A DNA stretch of 58,944 nt from Gemmatimonadaceae bacterium (GCA_035760785.1 DASTSH010000160.1:1-58944); one strand, 5' to 3'. Shown: positions 15,616 through 24,726, counted from the stretch's first letter. Notes: a model not told the origin generated them from the sequence alone. A program made the numbers and translations.

Positions 15616-17262
15616 TCACTCCGGGAGCGCCGGCGACACCATGCACAGCCGTGAGCGGTCGAGCCCCCAGCGGCGCGCCCACGCGTCGAGCGCCGCCAGG
15701 AGCTGGCGCTCGTGCGCCGGCCGACGCACGACGTTGTCGTAGAAGGGCCACCCCGGCGGCTCGTTGCCGGAGTAGCCGTTGATCGTGGGGACCCCCGTCT
15801 CCAGCGATGCCCACATCGCGTCCATGTGGTACCACCATGGGTCCTGCCGCCCGTCGGGGGGCGCGAACAGGAAGGCCCCGCACCCGGGCGGGATCGCGTT
15901 GGCCACGATCGCCACGCGCTCCCGGCCGGCGTACTTGTCGTACGACAACAGGTCCTGCCACTGCTCGGCGCCGATCACCACGGCGGTCGCGGCCAGCACC
16001 ACCGCCCCCGCCCACCCGCGCACCCCCAGCGCGTCCACGAACAGCGCCACTCCCACCGCCGCCGGCACCAGGAGCACGAGGCTGAAGCGCGCGATCACGC
16101 GGAGCGCCGCACCCCCCGGCACGAACGCCCAGACGAGCCGCCACGGGGTGATCCCCCCGGGCCAGAGGGTGACGAGCAGCACGATGGTGAACGAGAGCAG
16201 CACGAGCAGCCGCGCGAGCGGGCGGTGCCGCGCGCGCCAGAGTCCCGCGCCCACGATCATGGTGGTGATGAAGCCCAGCCCCAGCCGCTGCTCGTAGCCC
16301 ATCGGGATGCTCGAGAACGCGTGGTAGCGCCACAGCCAGCCGTACGCCCGGCTCTCCACGCCGAGGAACAGCCACGATGCCGGGCGCGCCAGGAATGGCT
16401 CCACGCGCCAGAAGTCGCGCATCCCCACCTGCCGCGCCGCCGTCAGGTAGTGCGACGCGAGCGGCCAGAGCGCGAGCGCGGACGCCGCGCACGCCACCGC
16501 CAGTGCGCGCGCGTGCCGCCACACCACGCGCGCGAGCGCCGTGCGCGTGTCGCGCCACACGAGCGCCCACGCGGCGACGATCCCGAGCGAGCAGACGAGA
16601 TACCAGCCGTAGTAGAACGCCGACCAGAGCTGGGCGACCACGCTCGCGAAGAGGAGCGCGATCCACCACCAGGCGGCGCGTCCGCGCGGCGCCTCCCCGG
16701 AGCCATCGCCGTCGAACAGCCGCGCGGCGCCCCACGCCGCGGTGACGAGGTAGAACTCGGGGACGAGGTGCGGGTGCTGGATCTGCGCGATGCGCATCCC
16801 GGCGAACGCGAACACCGCCGCGCCGAGGGCGGCGGCCGGCGTGCCCACGCGCACCACGCGCCGCAGGAAGAGGAGCGCGACGACGTAGTTGAGCGTGGCC
16901 ATCAGCAGCTCCCACCACTGGAACGCCGTGTCGGCGGGGAGCCCCATCGCGCGCAGCAGCCAGTACGGCGGCGCGATGGCGAGCATGACATCCGAGTACG
17001 CGAAGGTGTTGGGCGCGGGATGGAAGACCGGGGGGCTCCACAACCGCTCGTGCCCCGGCACCCCGACCAGCCACCGCCAGCCGTGCTCGAGGATGTACAT
17101 GTTGAGCCGCGTGTCCCCCCAGTCGCGCTGGATGAGGCGCAGCCCGGAGAGGATCATCGGGTGGAAGGCGAGGAGCATCCCTCCCACCCAGAGCAGCACG
17201 ACGAACGCCGCGACCGCGGCGCTCGCCACTCCCGGGGCGCTCCGTCGGCGGCCCGCGCTCAC
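15616..17262 (-). CDS. large polytopic membrane protein, GT-C-like glycosyltransferase (tentative)
   Basis: ORF track 15616..17262. It has about 11 TM helices followed by a soluble C-terminal domain, an architecture like ArnT/PMT-type enzymes. No motif-level identification. Confidence 0.75.
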   Translation of the reverse strand: MSAGRRRSAPGVASAAVAAFVVLLWVGGMLLAFHPMILSGLRLIQRDWGDTRLNMYILEHGWRWLVGVPGHERLWSPPVFHPAPNTFAYSDVMLAIAPPYWLLRAMGLPADTAFQWWELLMATLNYVVALLFLRRVVRVGTPAAALGAAVFAFAGMRIAQIQHPHLVPEFYLVTAAWGAARLFDGDGSGEAPRGRAAWWWIALLFASVVAQLWSAFYYGWYLVCSLGIVAAWALVWRDTRTALARVVWRHARALAVACAASALALWPLASHYLTAARQVGMRDFWRVEPFLARPASWLFLGVESRAYGWLWRYHAFSSIPMGYEQRLGLGFITTMIVGAGLWRARHRPLARLLVLLSFTIVLLVTLWPGGITPWRLVWAFVPGGAALRVIARFSLVLLVPAAVGVALFVDALGVRGWAGAVVLAATAVVIGAEQWQDLLSYDKYAGRERVAIVANAIPPGCGAFLFAPPDGRQDPWWYHMDAMWASLETGVPTINGYSGNEPPGWPFYDNVVRRPAHERQLLAALDAWARRWGLDRSRLCMVSPALPE

Positions 17263-17275
17263 CCGGCGCGCGCGA

Positions 17276-17920
17276 TCATTCGAGGGCGAGGACCGCGGCG
17301 TCCAGGAACGGCTCCACCTCCTCGCTCGCGGCCACCGACACGTCGAGATCGCGGAGACAGCCGTCCTGCAGCCCGTAGATCCAGCCGTGGATCATGAGAT
17401 CCTGGCCGCGCAGCCACGCGTCCTGCACCACCGTGGTCTCGCTCACGTGCCGCACCTGCTCGATCACGTTCAGCTCGCACAGCCGGTTCGCCCGCGCATC
17501 CTCGTCGGCGCACTCGGAGAGCACCGACGCGTGGCGGTGCTGCACGTCCTGCACGTGCCGCAGCCAGTTGTCGATGAGCCCCAGCTTCGCGTTCGTGATC
17601 GCCGCGCGCACGCCGCCGCATCCGTAGTGGCCGCACACGATCACGTGGCGCACGCGGAGCACGTCCACCGCGTACTGCAGCACCGACAGGCAGTTCAGGT
17701 CGGTGTGCACCACCACGTTGGCGATGTTGCGGTGCACGAACATCTCGCCGGGGAGGAGCCCGACGATCTGGTTGGCGGGAACCCGGCTGTCGGCGCAGCC
17801 GATCCACAGGTACTGGGGCGCCTGCTGGGCGGAGAGCCGGGCGAAGAAATCCGGCTCCTCGGCCACCACGCGGCTGGCCCAGGCGCGATTGTTCTCGAAC
17901 AGGACTCGGAGTGAACGCAT
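17276..17920 (-). CDS. can: beta-class carbonic anhydrase
   Basis: ATG at 17920 inside ORF 17276..18094, preceded by GAGAGGA. Motifs: CADSRVP, HRNIANVV, VCGHYGCGGV. Confidence 0.92.
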   Translation of the reverse strand: MRSLRVLFENNRAWASRVVAEEPDFFARLSAQQAPQYLWIGCADSRVPANQIVGLLPGEMFVHRNIANVVVHTDLNCLSVLQYAVDVLRVRHVIVCGHYGCGGVRAAITNAKLGLIDNWLRHVQDVQHRHASVLSECADEDARANRLCELNVIEQVRHVSETTVVQDAWLRGQDLMIHGWIYGLQDGCLRDLDVSVAASEEVEPFLDAAVLALE

Positions 17921-18038
17921 TCCTCTCGTGGTGCGGGGAGACCCGGGCGGCCCGTGCGGCCCCGGGCTCTTGTGCACGTACGATGCGCGCGCCGCCCCGC
18001 GGCTGTAAAGCGGCGGGGCGGCACGGAGGTGGCGCGGA

Positions 18039-18266
18039 TCAGAATCCGGGGGGACGCTTGCGGCGGCGGGGACCGCGCGGCCGGCGCCATGCATCGAGCA
18101 CGGTGAAGCCGCTCACGTAGCGGCGCCCATCGGGCGTGATGCTCCACCACCAGCGCACGCGCTCCCCCGGCTGGAGCACCACGCTCACGACGCGATTGGG
18201 GACCGTGGGATCGTTCCCCCCCGGGGGATAGACCTCGCGCGCCGGACCGACTGGATTCGTTCGCAT
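18039..18266 (-). CDS. small hypothetical protein
   Basis: ATG at 18266 follows GGAGGG (MRTNPVGPAREVYPPGGNDPTVPNRVVSVVLQPGERVRWWWSITPDGRRYVSGFTVLD...). GC3 is high from about codon 8 onwards. An alternative GTG at 18188 overlaps the Big_2 stop (GTGA). It overlaps the upstream gene by 82 nt if the ATG is used. Confidence 0.45.
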   Translation of the reverse strand: MRTNPVGPAREVYPPGGNDPTVPNRVVSVVLQPGERVRWWWSITPDGRRYVSGFTVLDAWRRPRGPRRRKRPPGF

Positions 18267-18652
18267 GCCGTACCCTCCACCTGCTGCCGCCATCGGAGCG
18301 CGACACGCGAATCGAGGACCACGAGCGTCACGCTCCCCTGAATGTCGCGCTCCGGATCGAACGCGGTGATGGCCACCGTCCCGGCGGAGAGCGCGTGGAC
18401 CACGCCGTGCCGGTCCACCGTCGCCACGCGCGTGTCGGAGGACGTCCACCGCAGCGCGATGCTCCGCACGTCGCACCCCTGCACCGAGAGCGCCAGCGAC
18501 TCGCCGACGAACATCGTGTCGCGGTCGCCGCCGATCGCGAACGAGGCGCACAGCCCTCGCGGTCCCGTCATCACCCGCCAGTCGCACGTGGCGGCGGCGA
18601 GGACGGGGACGGAGAGGAACGCGATGATGGCGCGAGTCCAGAAGCGCCGCAT
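18185..18652 (-). CDS. secreted bacterial Ig-like (Big_2) domain protein
   Basis: ORF track 18185..18670, with an ATG at 18652 after GGAGGG. Signal peptide: MRRFWTRAIIAFLSVPVLAAA. Big_2 core: LALSVQG...WTSSDTRVATVDRHGVVHALSAGTVAITA. Confidence 0.7.
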   Translation of the reverse strand: MRRFWTRAIIAFLSVPVLAAATCDWRVMTGPRGLCASFAIGGDRDTMFVGESLALSVQGCDVRSIALRWTSSDTRVATVDRHGVVHALSAGTVAITAFDPERDIQGSVTLVVLDSRVALRWRQQVEGTACERIQSVRRARSIPRGGTIPRSPIAS

Positions 18653-18811
18653 GCCGCCCTCCGCTCCCACGCGGCTTGGCGGCGCGGTCGCCCGCCGGGA
18701 GGACCATCCTCGCCGGCGGGCGCCGTGCCCTTCATACCATAGATGTCGCGGTGTCGGCGTTCCGTAAAGCGTGCTCCGGCGGCCGGGCTCGCTCCGGCCG
18801 CGGGGGGCGGC

Positions 18812-20575
18812 TCACGACTTCGGCTTGAGCGACGCGAAGTACGTGGCGATGTCGAAGCCCGCCGGGTTCACCTCGAAGTAGCGCCCGGAGGCGAAGTGCC
18901 CCGTGGTGGGGAAGTACGGGGGCGGATTGGTGTACGCGCACACGTCGTAGGAGTACCGCTTGAGGTACCCCGTCCCCCCGGGGCTCCCGATGGTGCCGAC
19001 CGCGCCGCGCGTGCGCTGGATGATTCCGCCGGTGAGATACAGGCAGCCGCGCCCCCACAGCTTGTTCTCGCACTTCTCGTCCTTCGTGGAGCCGCCGTCG
19101 TAGTTCTCGACGGTGAACACGTCGAGCGCCAGCACCACGCCGTCGATGAACTCGTCCTTCGTGTCGTCGTACGTGAAGCGGTTGCTCCCGCTCGACGGCT
19201 TGATCGGGGAATTCAGCGTGTTGTCCGCGACGATCACGTCGTTGCCGGAGAAGAGCCCGAGGAGATCGGCGCACGTCCCCGCGCCGGGGTTGGTCGCGTA
19301 CACGATGTCGTCGGCGATGATGATGTTCCCCGTGGCCGCGAGCGTCACCCTGCCGCGGAGCACCCCGCTGATCGCCACCTTCCCCTGCACGTAGATCACG
19401 CCCTTGAACGAGGGGTTGAGCGCGCGGTTGATCGGCCACAGGTACTGCGCATCGGTCCGTCCGGCGGCGGCGAGCAGCGGGCTCACGGCGCCGGCCCAGG
19501 GGAGCCACTGCCCGTGCGCGTCGGTCGCCTGGAACGCCCCCCACAGCGAGTCGGCCCCGCCGAGGTAGCAGCGGCGCGTGCTGCTGCTCACCGACGCCAC
19601 CCAACTCTCGGAGCCGGTGGTGGGGTGACCGCTGGCGGGGACGAACGTCCCGTCCGGGTGGTAGTGCCCGCAGTTCTCGGAGTTGCGCAGCCCCTTGGAG
19701 CCGTAGTCCCCCGGCACGTCCCCCACCACCCACGCCGGATCGTTCGACTGGTAGACGCGGATGAACCCTTCGTCGGCGTCCGTGGAGTCGCCGTCGCCGT
19801 TCAGGTCGAGCGCGACGAACTCGATGCGCGTGGTCGCCTGGCCATCCCCGCCGCCGAGCGTGCCGGTGATCGCCGTCCCGCCGGCCGTGGCCTGCGTGTG
19901 GAGCTTCTCCAGGTCCGCCGTCTGCGGGAACGCGATCGGCGCGGCGCGCTCGGTGTAGCCCTGCTTGAAGGTGCCGTACTGGCGCCCCTGGACGGTCTTC
20001 GCCGTGGTGACGGTGCCGAAGAAGGTGGCGCCGGTGTTGTAGATCTTGATGTAGTCGTTCGAGAAGACCGGCCCGAAGAGCTGGTCCCCCCCGCCGAAGG
20101 AGATGTTCGAGGGCTCGACGTCGGTGAAGTAGGCGTACTTGGCGAAGCTCTCCTGCGCCATGTCCTGCCGGCGCACGATGGTGTCGCCGAAGGCATCCTT
20201 CACCACCGCCACCACGCTCCCGAACACGCCGTACTGCCCGCTCGTCACCCCCGAGGGCCCCACGTACAGGGAGCGCGTGACGTTCGGGACCACCGCGCCG
20301 CTCGCGTCGCGCACCGGCGCGTCCAGCTCGAGCGTGGCGAAGCCGGTGTCGGGGTACAGCGCCTTGTTCGCGTTCACGCTCGCGCGCGCCTCCTCGAGCC
20401 CCGCGTCGGCCGCCCAGGCGAGCTGGCTCGCGCGCTGGTGGTAGCGGCTCACGAGCGAGGCGTTCGATCCGAGCAGCGCCGCCGTCACCATGAGCACGGA
20501 GACGACGAGCGCGATGAGCAGGACGGTGATGAGCGCGATGCCGCGTCTGGGCTTGAGCCTGCCGGAGGTGGTCAT
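18812..20575 (-). CDS. PilX-N-terminal-domain protein with large C-terminal region (putative pilus tip/adhesin component)
   Basis: ORF track 18812..20575. The N-terminus RRGIALITVLLIALVVSVLMVTAALLGSNASL..QLAWAADAGLEEA is PilX_N-like. There is a DxDxDG-type loop LDLNGDGDSTDADE, and beta-helix-like repeats (GKVAISGVLRGRVTLAATGNIIIADDIVYA). Confidence 0.8.
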   Translation of the reverse strand: MTTSGRLKPRRGIALITVLLIALVVSVLMVTAALLGSNASLVSRYHQRASQLAWAADAGLEEARASVNANKALYPDTGFATLELDAPVRDASGAVVPNVTRSLYVGPSGVTSGQYGVFGSVVAVVKDAFGDTIVRRQDMAQESFAKYAYFTDVEPSNISFGGGDQLFGPVFSNDYIKIYNTGATFFGTVTTAKTVQGRQYGTFKQGYTERAAPIAFPQTADLEKLHTQATAGGTAITGTLGGGDGQATTRIEFVALDLNGDGDSTDADEGFIRVYQSNDPAWVVGDVPGDYGSKGLRNSENCGHYHPDGTFVPASGHPTTGSESWVASVSSSTRRCYLGGADSLWGAFQATDAHGQWLPWAGAVSPLLAAAGRTDAQYLWPINRALNPSFKGVIYVQGKVAISGVLRGRVTLAATGNIIIADDIVYATNPGAGTCADLLGLFSGNDVIVADNTLNSPIKPSSGSNRFTYDDTKDEFIDGVVLALDVFTVENYDGGSTKDEKCENKLWGRGCLYLTGGIIQRTRGAVGTIGSPGGTGYLKRYSYDVCAYTNPPPYFPTTGHFASGRYFEVNPAGFDIATYFASLKPKS

Positions 20576-20588
20576 GGATCTTCTCCGA

Positions 20589-21764
20589 TCATGGAACGAC
20601 GGTCACCGCTGGCGATGTCGTGCGACCCGAGAGCGCCGGCGAGCAGTCCTGTGCCGCGAGCTGGTAGACGTACGTGGAGTCGCGCTGGACGGCGGCGTCG
20701 GTGTAGGTGTACGACGTGTTGCCGGAAGGGATGCTGAGGTAGGGGTCGCCCCAGTCCGCGCCGCTCGCGAACTTCCGCCAGATCACGTAGCGGACCACGT
20801 CCTTCTCCCCTCCCGCATCGTCCACGGCGGGCGCCCACGACAGGTTCACCACCACGTCACCGGTGGAGAGCGTCTGCGCGGTGGCGCCGAGCGAGGCCCC
20901 GAGCTGCGGCGGGTCGCCGCACGTGTGGCGCGACGCCAGCCCGGCGTTCGGCAGCCGGATCAGGCGCGAGATGGTGCGATGGAGCTCGCCGTTCCGCGCA
21001 TCGCCATCGGTCACGGTGAGCGTGACGCGCACGGCGCGGATGCTGTCGACCACCGCCTCGGCGCCGGTGTCCGCCGGGGAGAGGTGCGCGACCACCGTGT
21101 GCGCGAGCGGCATCCTGCTCGCCGGGATGGAGTCCACCCTCGCGGCCTCGTCGGGGGGAGACACGAGGCGGTAGTACTGGAAGAACGGCGTTCCGGGGGT
21201 GGCGAGGATGTCGCGCGCCACCAGCTCCGGCGCGTCGGCGTTCACCTGGCGGAAGAGCGCGTAGTCGTCGGTGCGCGGCGTCGAGCTGTCCGGCGTCACG
21301 TAGAAGATGATCGTCTCCGCCGGGCTCGGATTCCCCGCTTCGTCCTCGTACGTCGAATCCGGGTACGCGAACGCGGTGAGCGGCACGGTGATCTGCTGGC
21401 TGCCCCGGAGCGCGGTGACGGTGCCCGTGGGAGCGTCGGCGTCGTAGTAGACGGCGAAGGGATCGTTCGCGACGTTCGTGGCGTAGTCCGCGTTGAACGC
21501 CACCACGTTCGGCCCCGCGTACACGATGAACGGCTGCTGGTCGAGCACGCCGCCCCCCGCGGTGCGGAGCTGGCTGGTGAGGGTGGACATCGCGAACTGG
21601 GCGTTCTGAATGGCCCCCATGCGGTCGGTGCCGAGCCGGAGCGCCGCCGACTGCGTGCGGATGAAGCCCATCGCGGCGGTCATGACGATGCCGAACACCG
21701 CGAGCGCCACGAGCATCTCCACCAGCGTGACGCCTCGCCGTCCGCGCGCGGGAGATCGCATCAT
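20589..21764 (-). CDS. PilW-like type IV pilus minor pilin with C-terminal FN3-like domain
   Basis: ORF track 20589..21764. Prepilin motif RRG/VTLVEMLVAL (Glu at +5). The C-terminus VVNLSWAPAVDDAGGEKDVVRYVIWRK...YTYTDAAVQRDSTYVYQLAAQD is FN3-like. Confidence 0.8.
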   Translation of the reverse strand: MMRSPARGRRGVTLVEMLVALAVFGIVMTAAMGFIRTQSAALRLGTDRMGAIQNAQFAMSTLTSQLRTAGGGVLDQQPFIVYAGPNVVAFNADYATNVANDPFAVYYDADAPTGTVTALRGSQQITVPLTAFAYPDSTYEDEAGNPSPAETIIFYVTPDSSTPRTDDYALFRQVNADAPELVARDILATPGTPFFQYYRLVSPPDEAARVDSIPASRMPLAHTVVAHLSPADTGAEAVVDSIRAVRVTLTVTDGDARNGELHRTISRLIRLPNAGLASRHTCGDPPQLGASLGATAQTLSTGDVVVNLSWAPAVDDAGGEKDVVRYVIWRKFASGADWGDPYLSIPSGNTSYTYTDAAVQRDSTYVYQLAAQDCSPALSGRTTSPAVTVVP

Positions 21765-22138
21765 GGCGCCCCCACGGTTTCCGTCCGCGCCACCGGCGCG
21801 GGCAGCCCCGGCCCGGTCACGGAGACGGTGATCCTCTTGTAGTCCGGCCCCTTCCCGTCGCCGCCCACGTGCACGATCTGCGTGGTGCGCGCGAAGCCGG
21901 GGAGGGAGGGGAAGGTGTACTCGGTGCCGCCGTAGCTGCTCTCGAGCTGCGCGTAGTCCGGATCGAGGCGCACCTGCTCGAGGCGGTCCTCCACGAGCTG
22001 CACGGCCGCGAGCTGGCGGTCGCTGGTGGTGAGCGTGTGGATGGTGCGCGCGGTGAGCTGGGTGATCCCGAGCACCACGCCGAGCAGGATCACCACCGCG
22101 ACGATCACTTCGACGAGCGTGAAGCCGCTGCGGTTCAT
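21761..22138 (-). CDS. PilV-like type IV pilus minor pilin
   Basis: ORF track 21761..22138. Prepilin motif MNRSG/FTLVEVIVAV. It overlaps the pilW-like start by 4 nt. Confidence 0.8.
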   Translation of the reverse strand: MNRSGFTLVEVIVAVVILLGVVLGITQLTARTIHTLTTSDRQLAAVQLVEDRLEQVRLDPDYAQLESSYGGTEYTFPSLPGFARTTQIVHVGGDGKGPDYKRITVSVTGPGLPAPVARTETVGAP

Positions 22139-22139
22139 G

Positions 22140-22709
22140 TCAGAACCCCCGTTGCCAGCCGGACGGCCGGTAGCGGTACCACGAGGCGCGTCCGGTCGCG
22201 CGCTCCACCTGGATGGCGCGCGTGTCCTCGGCGAAGCCGCTGTTCGCCATGGCGCGGCGCGAGGTGAGATACGCCACCCCGCTCTCGCTCGCGCTCCCGC
22301 TGCGGTGGAAGGTGACGGCGGGGCGGCCGCCCTCGGTCCGGGTGAACGTCACCGCCCCCGCGCCGCCGTCGAGCGGCGGGGCGCCGCCGAGCCCGAACAC
22401 CACCAGATCCCCCAGCGGGGTCACCGACACGTGCTCCCCGGCGTCCACCACACCGTTGTCGTTGCCGTCGTCGTGCACGCGCACCACGCCGGCCACGTCA
22501 TCGAACACCACCACCACGTCGTGCTGCCGGGTGAGGGCGAGGCGCTGCGCGGCGAGCAGCGTGGTGCCGACCCCCTGCATCGCGCCGTTCGCGCGATGGC
22601 CGATGAGATCGATCCGGGGCGCGGCGAACGCCACCAGCACCCCGATCAGGATGAGCACCATCAGCAGCTCGATGATGGTGAAGCCGCGCGCCCGCCTCGA
22701 TCCGTGCAT
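22140..22709 (-). CDS. GspH/FimT-like minor (pseudo)pilin
   Basis: ATG at 22709 inside ORF 22140..22820. Prepilin motif MHGSRRARG/FTIIELLMVLILIG. Confidence 0.8.
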   Translation of the reverse strand: MHGSRRARGFTIIELLMVLILIGVLVAFAAPRIDLIGHRANGAMQGVGTTLLAAQRLALTRQHDVVVVFDDVAGVVRVHDDGNDNGVVDAGEHVSVTPLGDLVVFGLGGAPPLDGGAGAVTFTRTEGGRPAVTFHRSGSASESGVAYLTSRRAMANSGFAEDTRAIQVERATGRASWYRYRPSGWQRGF

Positions 22710-22799
22710 GCACCGCCTCGTTGGGTTCGTGCCTGACGACGAGCGTGGACTCGCCGCCCCGACCATCCGACGAGCGGCCTCGAGGGGGCGCAACCGCGC

Positions 22800-22823
22800 G
22801 CGATGCGGCGCGCGGCGCATCGC
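22800..22823. promoter_or_regulatory. 24-bp near-perfect palindrome upstream of the minor-pilin operon
   Basis: GCGATGCGGCGC|GCGGCGCATCGC with one mismatch. It lies between the small membrane gene (22942..23202) and the fimT-like start. It could be an operator or a terminator. Confidence 0.3.
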
Positions 22824-22941
22824 ATCCCGATGTTCCAGCGACGTTCAGAACGTGACAGTGCGGTCGCGCGACCGGAAAGAACTGGCCATCGCCCGCGTGT
22901 TCGTCAGGCATGGCCGGCGGAGCGCGCGCGCCGCGCCGGGA

Positions 22942-23202
22942 TCAGCGCCGGCGCCCGCTCGCCGGGGAAACGTCGATGATCAGCGCGATCACCAACCCCA
23001 CGATCGGCCAGAGCGTCCACTGCCCGCCGAACCAGTGCTGCACCGCCGAGTACCAGAGCAGCGTGGTGGGGAGGAAGATGAAGCCGAGGATCGGCCAGAG
23101 GATCGAGGAGAACATCCCCTCGAACCAGCGCGTGAAGAACCAGAGCAGCGCCACGACGATGCGCGGCGTCACGAGCGCGAGCACGACCATGATGCACGGC
23201 AT
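22942..23202 (-). CDS. small membrane protein (3 TM, Trp-rich)
   Basis: C-terminal 86 aa of ORF 22942..23898. ATG at 23202 follows GAGGAG. Sequence: MPCIMVVLALVTPRIVVALLWFFTRWFEGMFSSILWPILGFIFLPTTLLWY. Confidence 0.6.
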   Translation of the reverse strand: MPCIMVVLALVTPRIVVALLWFFTRWFEGMFSSILWPILGFIFLPTTLLWYSAVQHWFGGQWTLWPIVGLVIALIIDVSPASGRRR

Positions 23203-23213
23203 GGCGCGTCTCC

Positions 23214-24137
23214 TCAGCCAGTGGGTGGGCTCCAGGCGTGGTGCGCGCGCAGGAACTCCTCGATCCGGCGCTGCGCGTGGATCGTCTCGGCGTCGGAGAA
23301 GTCCTTGTCCGCATGTCCGCCGCCGGGGATCGTGATCAGCTCTGTCGGAACGCCGGCGCGCGCGAGTGCGTCGCGGAGCCGCACCGACTGCTGGTACGGC
23401 ACCGCCCGGTCGGAGTCGCCGTGCACCATGATGATCGGCGGCAGCCCCGGGCGCACGTAGCGGAGCGGCGAGAGCTTGGTGGCGAGCTCGGCCCTGTCGG
23501 GGCGCTGGCCGATCCAGTCGGCCGCCCAGTGCCGCCGGTTCGGACCATCGATGAGCTCGCGGACGTCGGTGATCCCGTACCAGTCGACGATCGCCGCGAT
23601 GTGCGGCTCGGGGGCGCTCGCGCACGGGCCGTCGAGGCCATCGGACGCTCGGAGCATCCCCGCCATGAGCGCCAGGTGCGCGCCGGCGGACTCGCCGGCG
23701 AGCACGACGCGCGATGTGTCGAGCCGGTAGCGCTTCGCCTGCCCGGCGAGCCACCGCACCGCGCACCGCGCGTCCTCCACCGCGGCCGGCGCGGGCGCGT
23801 CCTTCGTCAGGCGGTAGTCCACGTTCGCCACGGCGTATCCCATCTCGAGGTACGGGATCAGGTTCGCGATGATCATCTCCCGCCTTCCGTGCTCCCACCC
23901 GCCGCCGTGGAAGTAGATGAACAGCGGGTGCGTGCCGGGCGCTCGCGGCACGTAGAGATCGAGCTTCCCCTCCCAGCCATCCACCGTGCGGTAGGTGAGA
24001 TCGGGCTCGCCGTGGTAGCGGAGCCGCACCACGATCGACTGGTCGGATGCGGCGGCGTCCTGCGCGTGGAGCATCGGCGGGGCGGCGAGCGTGGCCAGCG
24101 CGGCGGCGAGCAGGGCGGCGCGGTATCGGCGGATCAT
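23214..24137 (-). CDS. secreted alpha/beta hydrolase (esterase/lipase, HGGG type)
   Basis: ORF track 23214..24137. It has a signal peptide, an oxyanion motif FHGGGW, a nucleophile elbow GESAGA and a C-terminal His (GGGH). Confidence 0.9.
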   Translation of the reverse strand: MIRRYRAALLAAALATLAAPPMLHAQDAAASDQSIVVRLRYHGEPDLTYRTVDGWEGKLDLYVPRAPGTHPLFIYFHGGGWEHGRREMIIANLIPYLEMGYAVANVDYRLTKDAPAPAAVEDARCAVRWLAGQAKRYRLDTSRVVLAGESAGAHLALMAGMLRASDGLDGPCASAPEPHIAAIVDWYGITDVRELIDGPNRRHWAADWIGQRPDRAELATKLSPLRYVRPGLPPIIMVHGDSDRAVPYQQSVRLRDALARAGVPTELITIPGGGHADKDFSDAETIHAQRRIEEFLRAHHAWSPPTG

Positions 24138-24144
24138 CTTCCGC

Positions 24145-24693
24145 TCACCTGCGCTCGAGCTTCGGCGCGTCGCCGAGTGCCCGCGCGATGCTCTCGCGCC
24201 CCACCTTCAGGTCGATCACCGGCGTGCCGTCGATCGCATCCAGCCCGCTCACCACCAGTACCGGGCCGCGCACCTCCACCAGCGTCACCTCGGAGATGGC
24301 GAGCGGGTTCGGGCGCGCCGGCGTGCGCGCGGCGAACGGTCCCACCACCTTCCGGTCGAGCCCCCGCTCGAACGCCGTCTCGAGCCCCCCCGCGGCGTGC
24401 GCCCACCAGATCACGGTGAGCGACGTCTCCTCCGCCACGCCGCGGAGAAAGCGCGTCATCCCCGGCACGAGGTGGATCTCCGAGCGCAGGTCGCGGCCGA
24501 TCGCCACGCCGCGCCCCTCGCGCGCGAGCTGGTTGCGCACGATGCCGATCGGCCACACCTGCAGGGGCGCGGCGTCGCCGAAGAGGCAGCGGGTGCACAC
24601 CGGCTGCCCATCCACCTCGCGGAGGGCGGCGCGCTCCGTCTCCCGCCCGCACTCCGAGCAGCGGGCGAGCGTCTCCGTCGCTGTATGCGTCAT
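24145..24693 (-). CDS. TsaA/TrmO-like (UPF0066) methyltransferase domain protein with N-terminal CxxC-CxxC zinc ribbon
   Basis: ORF track 24145..24693. CSECGRE...CTRC is followed by PIGIVRN...FAARTPARPNPLAISEVTLVEV...LVVSGLDAIDGTPVIDLK. Confidence 0.8.
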   Translation of the reverse strand: MTHTATETLARCSECGRETERAALREVDGQPVCTRCLFGDAAPLQVWPIGIVRNQLAREGRGVAIGRDLRSEIHLVPGMTRFLRGVAEETSLTVIWWAHAAGGLETAFERGLDRKVVGPFAARTPARPNPLAISEVTLVEVRGPVLVVSGLDAIDGTPVIDLKVGRESIARALGDAPKLERR

Positions 24694-24726
24694 GTCATCG
24701 ATTCTGGTTCGAGTGTCGGTCCGGCA

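Noticed and set aside
22770-22790. Sigma-54 promoter (TGGAAC-N-GATGC on the minus strand) upstream of the minor-pilin operon.
   Set aside because: The GG and GC elements are spaced one nucleotide too far apart relative to TGGCAC-N5-TTGC, and several consensus positions are missing. No enhancer-binding protein gene is nearby.
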